Assembly: GCA_007695055.1 (NCBI GenBank)
Contig: REEM01000100.1
Span: 12,270-76,269 of the forward strand
Direction: 5' to 3'
Source of the DNA: Spirochaetaceae bacterium
Lineage (GTDB): Bacteria > Spirochaetota > Spirochaetia > DSM-27196 > SLAA01
DNA: 64,000 bases
Positions 18,871 to 26,220 of the stretch are shown one piece after another. Positions within the stretch are counted from its first letter, which is position 1; the number at the start of each line of letters is the position of its first letter. Position numbers and translations under genes: made by a program. The notes under the pieces were generated by a model, which was given only the letters and a program-made list of their open reading frames with translations, was not told where the DNA came from and did not search any database.

Positions 18871-19887
18871 CTAGTTAAGTGGCAGTACCTCAACCTCCCA
18901 ACGCTCGACTAATCGTTGCTTCTCACCGCCAGCCCAGTCGGGATCAACCGCAATAGTGCGAAGGCTTTCGAAGGAAGGCATTCCTGGGCCAAGCTCTGCG
19001 TTTGGATTCACCGGGTAGAAGTAGGTTCGCTCACGAGTAAGCACATTCTGACCTTCGACCGAGACAAGCCAGTCTACCAACTTCTGCGCAGCCTCCAGGT
19101 TTCGGGTGCCCTTAAGAATAGAAACGGCTGGAGCCTCAAACCCAACGCCCTCGGAGGGGAATATGACCTCAACCGGGAAGCCCTCGTCGGCAGCCTGGAA
19201 AAAGGCTGGAGTAAACTGAATTCCTATTGGAGCCTCACCCACCGCAACCGCCGCTGCGGGCGCAGTACCCGAAGAAGTATAGGTTTGGATATTCGGGCTG
19301 AGTCCTTTGAGATACTCAAATGCCGCGTCCTCACCCCATTGTACCGTTAGGCTGGTCACAACATTGTAGGCCGTTCCCGAAGAGGCAGGCGAAGGCATCT
19401 GAATTTGACCACGGTACTGTGGATCGAGCAGGTCCTGCCATGAGGAGGGAACCGCCAGGCCTTCACGCCGCATTGCTGTAGTGTTAATGCCAACTCCCAT
19501 GGGGTTCATGTAGAACGCTGTCCAGTAACCGTCTGGATCTCGGAAGACCGGATCAAGTGCCATTGTTGCGGCTGAGCTGTACGGAATGGTGAGTCCACGC
19601 TCCTTTGCAAGTACGTGATTCTCATTGGGCGCACCCATCCAGACATCTGCCTGTGGGTTGGCTGACTCGGCGCTCATTCGGGCAAGTGCCGGGCCGGTGG
19701 AAAGATGAACAAAGCTCACCTCAATACCGGTATCGGCGGTAAACGCATCAAGAATCTTCTTGGCGTTCTCTTCGTCTACACTTGAATACACAACAAGTCT
19801 GGATTGCTGTTCTGAACGACCTCCGGCAAAAGCCATGGCCGGAATAATCATGGCCATGATGAGAAAGAAAACGACGACTCGCTTCAT
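18871..19887 (-). CDS. ABC transporter periplasmic substrate-binding protein (Fe3+/polyamine/thiamine-type family)
   Basis: The true start is ATG 19887 (MKRVVVFFLIMAMIIPAMAFAGG, a signal peptide) with a GAGAGGTG RBS upstream. The track's 5' extension to 20220 overlaps the response-regulator gene and is spurious. Confidence 0.85.
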   Translation of the reverse strand: MKRVVVFFLIMAMIIPAMAFAGGRSEQQSRLVVYSSVDEENAKKILDAFTADTGIEVSFVHLSTGPALARMSAESANPQADVWMGAPNENHVLAKERGLTIPYSSAATMALDPVFRDPDGYWTAFYMNPMGVGINTTAMRREGLAVPSSWQDLLDPQYRGQIQMPSPASSGTAYNVVTSLTVQWGEDAAFEYLKGLSPNIQTYTSSGTAPAAAVAVGEAPIGIQFTPAFFQAADEGFPVEVIFPSEGVGFEAPAVSILKGTRNLEAAQKLVDWLVSVEGQNVLTRERTYFYPVNPNAELGPGMPSFESLRTIAVDPDWAGGEKQRLVERWEVEVLPLN

Positions 19888-19927
19888 AGTGACACCTCTC
19901 TTTGGAAAATAGATCTGCATACAGCAT

Positions 19928-19942
19928 TGCAATATGCGTGCC
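19928..19942 (-). promoter_or_regulatory. Sigma-54 (-24/-12) promoter of the ABC importer operon
   Basis: Minus strand reads GGCACGCATATTGCA, which is GG-N10-GC and matches TGGCAC-N5-TTGCA at GGCAC and TTGCA. It lies about 40 nt upstream of the SBP start and directly downstream of a GAFTGA-containing activator gene. Confidence 0.75.
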
Positions 19943-19995
19943 GAGCCCGATTCGGCCGTGTTTTGGCTCCTAAATGTCCATAAATCAAGAGGCAC

Positions 19996-20033
19996 TGTGC
20001 AGGAGTTGCACAGTGCTTGCACAGCATTGCACA
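19996..20033 (-). promoter_or_regulatory. Upstream activator sequence: three phased TGTGCAA repeats plus an inverted copy
   Basis: Plus-strand ttgcaca occurs at 20006, 20017 and 20027 (10-11 bp phasing). tgtgca at 19996 forms TGTGCA-N5-TGCACA with the first copy. The block is centred about 75 bp upstream of the sigma-54 promoter. Confidence 0.6.
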
Positions 20034-20065
20034 CTCGAAACTGAGGATGTGGGAGACCTTGCGAA

Positions 20066-21418
20066 CTAGAGTTCTTTGCCGGTGAGGTGGTGCTTTTCCA
20101 GCTTGTAGTACAGCGTCCGCCGGGAAAGCCCAAGCAGTCGCGCTGCATCGCTTTTGTTGCCGTGCGCACGGCGCAAGGCGTCGAGGATTGCATCGCGTTC
20201 CTCGGCGCCTGACCTGACAATCGGGTGCTCGGCCGAGCCTGTTAGTTCATCTATAACCATATCAACCGTCACCCGCTCCGGTCTATGCAGAACTACTACG
20301 CGTTCAATGATGTTCTGCAGCTCGCGAACATTGCCCGGCCAATGATAACGATCCAAGGCTGCATAGGTCTCCCCGTCCACCTCCGGCACCGGCAACTCCT
20401 CGCGTGCACAGGTCTTTTCCAGTATTGACCTCACCAACTCGGGGATATCTGAACGTCTCTCGCGCAAGGGTGGCACGTGAATAGGAACAACATTCAGCCT
20501 ATAGTAGAGATCTTCCCGAAAGCTCCCATCCTCAACCAATGCGCCCAAGTCGCGATTGGTGGCCGCAATGAGGCGTACATCGACCTTGAGATACTCAGTG
20601 CCGCCAACCCGGGTGAACTCACGTTCCTGCAGCACTCGCAGCAACTTGACTTGAGTGTCCGGAGACACCTCCGATATCTCATCAAGAAACAGTGTGCCCC
20701 GGTCGGCAATCTCAAAGAATCCGTGCTTGCGCGACTCAGCACCAGTGAATGCGCCTTTCTCGTAGCCGAAGAGCTCTGACTCCAGGAGGGCCGGGCTAAA
20801 GGCGGCACAGTGAACCGGAACGAAGCGTTCATTATTGCGACGGCTTTGCGCATGAATTGAACGCGTAATCAGTTCCTTGCCGGTACCACTCTCACCGATA
20901 ATGAGCACGGTCACGTTACTCGCCGAGACGGCCGATATCTTGCGGAACACGGACTGCATTGCTGGACTGGAACCGATGATTTGGTGATCATCACTATTCA
21001 GGTCAGAGGGCTTGGACAGTGCTTGCTGCAGCACTGTTCGCAGCTGGGCATAGTCAAGCGGCTTGGTGAGGTAGTCGTAGGCACCGCCCTTCATTGCATG
21101 AACCGCTCCTTGAACCGTGGCAAAGGCGGTAATAAACACAAAGCGAAGCTCAAGACCTTGCGAGCGCAGCATTGCCGCAAGTTGAAGGCCATCCATGTCG
21201 TCCATGCGAATATCACACAGCACCAGATCCGGCTTCTCCTGTACCGCTCGCCGGTATCCTTCACGGCCGCCTTGGGCGGTGAGCACATGGTAACCCTCTT
21301 GAGTCAAGAAAGCCTCAAGTACCGTGAGAATGTTCTTCTTGTCGTCAACAATGAGGATGGTGCTAGGTCGATTCGACTCAGTTTCTGGAACGACAGCCAG
21401 CTTACCGGGAGTGTTCAT
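20066..21418 (-). CDS. Sigma-54-dependent response regulator (NtrC/AtoC family)
   Basis: Receiver domain (ILIVDD...CDIRMDDMDG), AAA+ domain with GESGTGKE and the GAFTGA loop, and a Fis-type HTH (AARLLGLSRRTLYYKLEKH). ATG 21418 overlaps the kinase stop codon (ATGA). Confidence 0.92.
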   Translation of the reverse strand: MNTPGKLAVVPETESNRPSTILIVDDKKNILTVLEAFLTQEGYHVLTAQGGREGYRRAVQEKPDLVLCDIRMDDMDGLQLAAMLRSQGLELRFVFITAFATVQGAVHAMKGGAYDYLTKPLDYAQLRTVLQQALSKPSDLNSDDHQIIGSSPAMQSVFRKISAVSASNVTVLIIGESGTGKELITRSIHAQSRRNNERFVPVHCAAFSPALLESELFGYEKGAFTGAESRKHGFFEIADRGTLFLDEISEVSPDTQVKLLRVLQEREFTRVGGTEYLKVDVRLIAATNRDLGALVEDGSFREDLYYRLNVVPIHVPPLRERRSDIPELVRSILEKTCAREELPVPEVDGETYAALDRYHWPGNVRELQNIIERVVVLHRPERVTVDMVIDELTGSAEHPIVRSGAEERDAILDALRRAHGNKSDAARLLGLSRRTLYYKLEKHHLTGKEL

Positions 21419-22815
21419 TCTCCCCATCCTTCTGCAGTGCGTATCCCTGGAATGTATACGGGCAGGGAAATACCTGCTTGTACTCCACCACCTTCGAGGT
21501 TCGAAACACGAATGTCTCCCTTGTGCTGCTCGATAATCCCCTTACACAACGCCAGCCCAAGTCCGAGCCCATGCTCTTTCGATGTAACAAAAGGGTCGAA
21601 CAGGTGCTGAGCAAGTGCATTGGGAATTCCAGGGCCAGTATCCCGTATCTGCACCGAGGCTGCCGTATGATCCAGTCTGGTGTCTATGGTTATTGTGTCG
21701 CCATGAGAGCACGCTTCCAAGGCGTTCATCAAGAGGTTTACCACAACTCGTTTGATATGGCTGCGTGATGCCCGAATGTTCAGTGCGCTGTCGGTGTGCC
21801 TTACCTCAACAGCCACTCGCCGCTGCTGCGCCATGGGCGCAATCAGCAGCATGGTATCATCAATGAGTTCCCGCATATCGAACACCGTCTCTGAGTTCAT
21901 GTCGAACTTGCCATACTGAGTAAACTCGGACACGTATCTATTAAGGTTATCCACCTCTTCGCGAATTATCTTAAGGAACCGGTTCTGGTTTTCGCTTATC
22001 TCTGGGTCACGACTAATCAGTTCGACCGCGCCACTCACGGCTTCCAGTGGGTTGCGAATTTCATGAGCCAGAGATACCGATATCTCACCCAGTGTTCGCA
22101 GTCGCTGAAGATCGCGTTCCTCACGATAGTAGGTCTCAAGGCGAGCCCTCATGGACTCGATCGCCTCGGCGACGTTGCGGATTTCAGGGGTCGCTCTGCG
22201 GGGCGTACGAATGGGTTGGCCGTCGATGTCGGGTTTGCTGGAGCCAAGGGCATCCGACACCAATTTCAATGGGCGAATTACCTGACTGTTAATGAACAGG
22301 CCAAAACTTATTCCAATACTCAGCTGCGCGGCCAGTGCAACAAACAAAAGAGTGGTTGTCTGCAACATGCGCTGATGGAAGCTCTCAAGCGACACTGCGA
22401 CCTCGGCTCGGCCAAACTGCAGGCCCTCAGACGCAATAGGCGCGGATGCCAAAAGCAGCGTATCCATGTATCGGAGATGTAAGCCAGTACTTTGGTCTGT
22501 TGAGGAGGTGTGAATCCACCCCTGACCGCTCCGATTTGTGTCGGCAACTACACGGCCGACGCTGTTCACGACACGAGCATCAAGAACATCGGAATGAGTC
22601 AGAAGGGAGTCTACCTGTCGCTCAAGTCGGTCGAAATGCCCGCTCAAGAGGGGGTCCAAGGACATCTCGGCCAGTGTCGAAACGAGCACTCTGGCTCGCT
22701 CGCCGCTCTCTGTCTGCATAAGACGCCGTTGCCCCCAGAGATTGTATCCTCCGTGGGCGAGCATCACCGTCATGACAAAGAGAAAGGCCGCGGTTACTTT
22801 ACTCTGAAGGGACAT
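21415..22815 (-). CDS. Sensor histidine kinase (2 TM, periplasmic domain, HAMP, HisKA, HATPase)
   Basis: H-box SLAHEIRNPLEAV and G-boxes RDTGPGI and GLGLGLALC. TM1 is at the N-terminus and TM2 precedes a HAMP-like segment. Confidence 0.9.
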   Translation of the reverse strand: MSLQSKVTAAFLFVMTVMLAHGGYNLWGQRRLMQTESGERARVLVSTLAEMSLDPLLSGHFDRLERQVDSLLTHSDVLDARVVNSVGRVVADTNRSGQGWIHTSSTDQSTGLHLRYMDTLLLASAPIASEGLQFGRAEVAVSLESFHQRMLQTTTLLFVALAAQLSIGISFGLFINSQVIRPLKLVSDALGSSKPDIDGQPIRTPRRATPEIRNVAEAIESMRARLETYYREERDLQRLRTLGEISVSLAHEIRNPLEAVSGAVELISRDPEISENQNRFLKIIREEVDNLNRYVSEFTQYGKFDMNSETVFDMRELIDDTMLLIAPMAQQRRVAVEVRHTDSALNIRASRSHIKRVVVNLLMNALEACSHGDTITIDTRLDHTAASVQIRDTGPGIPNALAQHLFDPFVTSKEHGLGLGLALCKGIIEQHKGDIRVSNLEGGGVQAGISLPVYIPGIRTAEGWGE

Positions 22816-23743
22816 GCGCGGTTACCTCTAGAACACGGAGCAATTGCAGCGCCCGTTCGAGTAATGCGGCATCTGATTCCGAGACGTCCAGCATTCCCCC
22901 ATCTACATTATTGTACATGACCTCAGGTGAGAAGAAGCGCACGCCACGATTCGAATACTGCGTGCTGAGGTCACCCACAAGCACTGCGGCAATTTGATCA
23001 TGAACCTCGCTTTGACCATCTATTCGCCCCACCATCACCCAAGGCGGGGTCTCACGCGTCAGTGCGATAGGCCGTACATTGCTCACGAAGTCCGTCATGG
23101 CCGGGTCGGACAACAGCGACCTCGATACCACCCCAACCTGGAGCTGCCCGTAGGAGACGCCCTTCAGAATGCTCTCTTGAGTGTCGGCATACTCGAACCG
23201 GGGAATGGGGAGATCTGCATCCTGAAACACCATGGCTGTATAGACAGCCACCGATGGATGGTTATGGAGGTCAGGAACGCTGACCGCTTGGCCCATGGTG
23301 TGTACTGGAGCAAAGGTGCGTGAGCGACTCGGCACAATCAACACATACTGCGGGCGGCTCTCGCCGTTTAACTCGGCTCGAGCCCCCAACGCTACCGTGG
23401 CTAAGACCTGCAGTGGAACCTCGCTGCTTAAGCGATACACCGAGATTGGATCCAGGAGCACCGCGTCGAGGCGCCGGCCACGCAGCCCCGACATAAGCTC
23501 ACGCTGCTCGCTCTCAATTACCAGACGAATGCTCTGCCCGGTAAGCTCACTCACCGAATCAACAACGGGAGCCCAGCGACTCAGCACCTCGCGGCCGGGG
23601 CCGAGTGCCGGTACACCAATAACATAGGGCGCCGCCGGTAGCTCTAAAGCAGACAGCAGGCCGACGACGAGACACAGGAGCATGGTGAGTACCGGCTTGT
23701 TACGCCGTCTCACACAGCGGTGAGCGGCGCCGGAGGTGTACAT
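22799..23743 (-). CDS. PhnD-like periplasmic binding protein, probable sensing partner of the kinase
   Basis: The fold-type pattern YVIGVPALGP...ELTGQSIRLVIESEQRELMSGLRGRRLDAVLLDP is typical of phosphonate/phosphate-type SBPs. The signal peptide follows RRRNK. The gene overlaps the kinase start by 17 nt. The start is taken at ATG 23743. Confidence 0.65.
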   Translation of the reverse strand: MYTSGAAHRCVRRRNKPVLTMLLCLVVGLLSALELPAAPYVIGVPALGPGREVLSRWAPVVDSVSELTGQSIRLVIESEQRELMSGLRGRRLDAVLLDPISVYRLSSEVPLQVLATVALGARAELNGESRPQYVLIVPSRSRTFAPVHTMGQAVSVPDLHNHPSVAVYTAMVFQDADLPIPRFEYADTQESILKGVSYGQLQVGVVSRSLLSDPAMTDFVSNVRPIALTRETPPWVMVGRIDGQSEVHDQIAAVLVGDLSTQYSNRGVRFFSPEVMYNNVDGGMLDVSESDAALLERALQLLRVLEVTAHVPSE

Positions 23744-23753
23744 ATGCCCAGTC

Positions 23754-25217
23754 CTAGAGCAGACCAACCTCGCGGTTGAAGTCGTCAATCATGGCGTCAA
23801 TGGTGGGTGCGAGTGCCTGAATGTTGGTCCAGTACTCCCGGTCGTACCACTGTGCATTGAGCTCCTCGGAGTCCCGGCCCTGCTGCTCAACCCAGGTGAA
23901 GTACTTGAGGTTGTGCACCCGTAGTCGCTCGTAGTAGGTCAGTTCCAGCACGTTGAGGTGGTTCTGCTTTTCAGCGGAACCGGCAAAATAGCGCGCAGCA
24001 TCAATCTCTGAAAGCGGGCCCTGTTCCGCCACCAGGTCCTCTACACGTGAGTTGTACAACTCCATGGAGTCGGTCAGCACCGTCACCATTACATCGTCGG
24101 GACCAAGTTCATAGTACTTTGCAATCTTCGCCGCAGCGAGCATGTTTCCTATTCCGGAAATTCCGAGCGCTGGCAACGACTGGATTGTCTCATCCGAGAT
24201 ACCCCGTGAAGCAAGATATGCACGGCCAGCGTCCTCGTTGAAGACCCGAGTCAGGTCAATGCAGTCCTGGTCGTCAACCGCAACTATGAGGTCGGTATTG
24301 CGAACGTTGTGCACCCATGGCACATGCTTGTCGCCAATTCCTTCAATGCGGTGATCACCAAAACCGTTACGCAGAAGGGTCGGACACTGCAGCGCCTCGG
24401 CGGCACCAATTACACTGCGGGGGTACAGTTGCTTGAGTTTATCACCGGCAGCGAGCGTCCCTCCTGATCCGGTGGAAGAAACGTAGCCAGCGTAATTCTC
24501 AGGCTTGACTCCAGCAGCAGCCAGCATCTCCACAATTGCGTCGGCTGTTACCTCGTAATGCCAGAGGTAGTTGCCGAACTCCTCAAACTGATTGAAAATG
24601 ACGATATCGTCACCACGAGTCTTTCTCAGCTCCCAGCAGGCATCAAAGATTTCTTTGACGTTACTCTCGGTTCCGGGGGTTGCTATAACCTCTCCGGCAA
24701 TCTTCTTAAGCCACTCAAAACGTTCGCGGCTCATACCCTCGGGAAGAATTGCAATAGACTCGCAGCCAAGGAGCGCTGAGTTGTACGCGCCACCACGGCA
24801 GTAGTTGCCGGTGGAGGGCCAGACCGCTTTCTGGTTGGCTGTATCATAACTGCCACTGACCAATGCAGGGGCCAGGCAGCCGTAGGTTGCCCCAACCTTG
24901 TGAGCCCCGGTAGGAAACCACTGCCCAACAATACCCAGAATACGGCAGGGTGCACCGGTGAGTTCCGGTGGCAGTTCAATGTAGTTTACCCCACCAAAGG
25001 TACCGCCCTTGGCAACCGGCTCATTCTTCCAGGTAATGCGAAATAGATTTGCAGGGTCAATGTCCCAGAGACCGACCTCGCTCAGCCTTGTGCGAATTTT
25101 TTCCGGCATTGAGGCTGGATTCCTCATCTCGCTAAACTTGGGAAGAATAATTCCACGCTCACGGCAGCGTTCAATATTGCGCGCCCGCACTTCCGGACGC
25201 AGAGTCAGGTCAATCAT
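23754..25217 (-). CDS. Fold-type II PLP-dependent enzyme (Trp-synthase-beta/cysteine-synthase superfamily) with N- and C-terminal extensions; function unknown
   Basis: About 487 aa. The probable PLP-lysine lies in FPTGAHKVGATYG, with a glycine-rich phosphate loop SSTGSGGTLAAG. I prefer ATG 25217 (MIDLTL...) because GGAG lies 7 nt upstream. Confidence 0.6.
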   Translation of the reverse strand: MIDLTLRPEVRARNIERCRERGIILPKFSEMRNPASMPEKIRTRLSEVGLWDIDPANLFRITWKNEPVAKGGTFGGVNYIELPPELTGAPCRILGIVGQWFPTGAHKVGATYGCLAPALVSGSYDTANQKAVWPSTGNYCRGGAYNSALLGCESIAILPEGMSRERFEWLKKIAGEVIATPGTESNVKEIFDACWELRKTRGDDIVIFNQFEEFGNYLWHYEVTADAIVEMLAAAGVKPENYAGYVSSTGSGGTLAAGDKLKQLYPRSVIGAAEALQCPTLLRNGFGDHRIEGIGDKHVPWVHNVRNTDLIVAVDDQDCIDLTRVFNEDAGRAYLASRGISDETIQSLPALGISGIGNMLAAAKIAKYYELGPDDVMVTVLTDSMELYNSRVEDLVAEQGPLSEIDAARYFAGSAEKQNHLNVLELTYYERLRVHNLKYFTWVEQQGRDSEELNAQWYDREYWTNIQALAPTIDAMIDDFNREVGLL

Positions 25218-25265
25218 GGCATCTCCATACATTGGTACGACAACTGTGTGTAGTCGAATGCTTAC

Positions 25266-25280
25266 TGCTTACTCAGTGCC
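25266..25280 (-). promoter_or_regulatory. Weak sigma-54-like GG-N10-GC element upstream of the PLP-enzyme gene
   Basis: Minus strand reads GGCACTGAGTAAGCA. GGCAC is perfect, but the -12 element is AAGCA instead of TTGCA. No TGTGCAA repeats lie upstream. Confidence 0.25.
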
Positions 25281-25309
25281 TCTACTATACCCGCAAAACA
25301 CTGAAGCGG

Positions 25310-25408
25310 CTACAGCCTACTCAGGAGCTCGCGGGCGGTGAGTACCGTGACGGGAAGGTGTTCCCGGGCCTCGAGGATCCAGGTATCCGTGGGAACGTCT
25401 GGCCTCGG
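25310..25408 (-). pseudogene. Remnant (last ~30 codons) of a PIN-domain toxin gene
   Basis: The alternative frame reads PRPDVPTDTWILEAREHLPVTVLTARELLSRL*. From memory this resembles the C-terminus of TIGR00305-type PIN toxins (..GDxDLLxLxx...IxIVTPREFLxxL). No N-terminal PIN sequence is present. Confidence 0.35.
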
Positions 25409-25625
25409 CTACGATATCGGCCAGATCGTCCTCGGTTATTTCCAGGCTGCCAACCTTGTCCCGGATTGCGGCCAGCTGTGGGCTTTCCAGGGGGCGAATC
25501 ACCACGGGCTCCAGAACAATCCGTCCGGATTCCCAGCGAGCGTCAAAATAGGTTTGGTCCGGGCAGTGTCGGAGAACTTCCCCGGGCAGGGTCAACTGGT
25601 TCTTACTCGTCACTTTGCAGAGCAT
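25317..25625 (-). CDS. AbrB/MazE/SpoVT-family antitoxin with an aberrant C-terminal tail
   Basis: MLCKVTSKNQLTLPGEVLRH is a looped-hinge-helix N-terminus. A GAGGGGGG RBS lies 6 nt upstream of ATG 25625. The C-terminal 25 residues (HGYLDPRGPGTPSRHGTHRPRAPE) are an out-of-frame read-through of the PIN remnant. Confidence 0.65.
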   Translation of the reverse strand: MLCKVTSKNQLTLPGEVLRHCPDQTYFDARWESGRIVLEPVVIRPLESPQLAAIRDKVGSLEITEDDLADIVAEARRSHGYLDPRGPGTPSRHGTHRPRAPE

Positions 25626-25688
25626 ATGCACCCCCCTCTGAGTAATCCTACGCGGTATAGGTCGTTATCGGCAAGCAAGAATGTAAGG

Positions 25689-25747
25689 AAAAAAGAGGCC
25701 GTCGCTGACTCCGTACGGGCAGAAAACTCCGGTGAGCCGGTGGCTCA
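25689..25747 (-). terminator. Terminator-like region downstream of yoeB (two weak hairpins with T-runs)
   Basis: On the minus strand, TGAGCC-acc-GGCTCA overlaps the yoeB stop and is followed by AGTTTTCT. A second hairpin, GCCCGT...ACGGCC, is followed by TCTTTTTT. Confidence 0.35.
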
Positions 25748-26005
25748 GTCGTGATAATGATACCGGAGCTGGGCGATGTATACAGCGGTGTCGGTAACGG
25801 AGTAACCCACACGGTGTTCGCTCGTGATGCGTCGAGACCAGTAACCGCTGAGGGCATGCTTCAGCGGCTCCGGTTTGCCGGAACCATGAAACGGGTCTCT
25901 CAAAATTTCCTTGATAAGGGCGTTTATGCGGTGTGCTGTCTTCTTGTCCGTCTTATGCCAATAGATGTAGTCTTCCCACGCATGCTCAGAGAAGCACACC
26001 TTCAT
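25745..26005 (-). CDS. yoeB: YoeB/Txe-family mRNA interferase toxin
   Basis: 86 aa, near-colinear with E. coli YoeB as I recall it. GKPEPLKH, WSRRIT and a C-terminal RYHY retain the catalytic Glu/Arg/His/Tyr. Confidence 0.9.
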   Translation of the reverse strand: MKVCFSEHAWEDYIYWHKTDKKTAHRINALIKEILRDPFHGSGKPEPLKHALSGYWSRRITSEHRVGYSVTDTAVYIAQLRYHYHD

Positions 26006-26220
26006 TCACGAAGCTCCCACTCCTGCCCGCCCTTCTCAGCAAGCTCCTTGACGGACTCTAGTAGCCTGCGTGCATTTGCGGGCGACCGCAGCAAATAGGC
26101 GGTCTCTTCAAGTGCTTCATAGTCCTCAAGCGAGATCATAACAACCGACTGAGCCTTGTTTCGTGTAATGATGAGAGGTTCATGGTTCTCACAAACGCGA
26201 TCCATATCGCCCGCGCTCAC
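26002..26220 (-). CDS. yefM: Phd/YefM-family antitoxin, N-terminally shortened by ~11 residues
   Basis: EPLIITRNKAQSVVMISLEDYEALEETAYLLRSPANARRLLESV aligns with E. coli YefM residues ~25-70. The ATGA overlap with yoeB is canonical. The GTG start overlaps the stop of the upstream ROK gene, and an in-frame TGA 6 codons upstream forbids a longer N-terminus. Confidence 0.8.
   Translation of the reverse strand: MSAGDMDRVCENHEPLIITRNKAQSVVMISLEDYEALEETAYLLRSPANARRLLESVKELAEKGGQEWELRE

Noticed and set aside
19888-20220. 111-codon 5' extension of the SBP ORF overlapping the response-regulator gene
   Set aside because: A signal peptide and a strong RBS occur at ATG 19887. The extension would run through the sigma-54 promoter/UAS and the regulator's HTH coding region.
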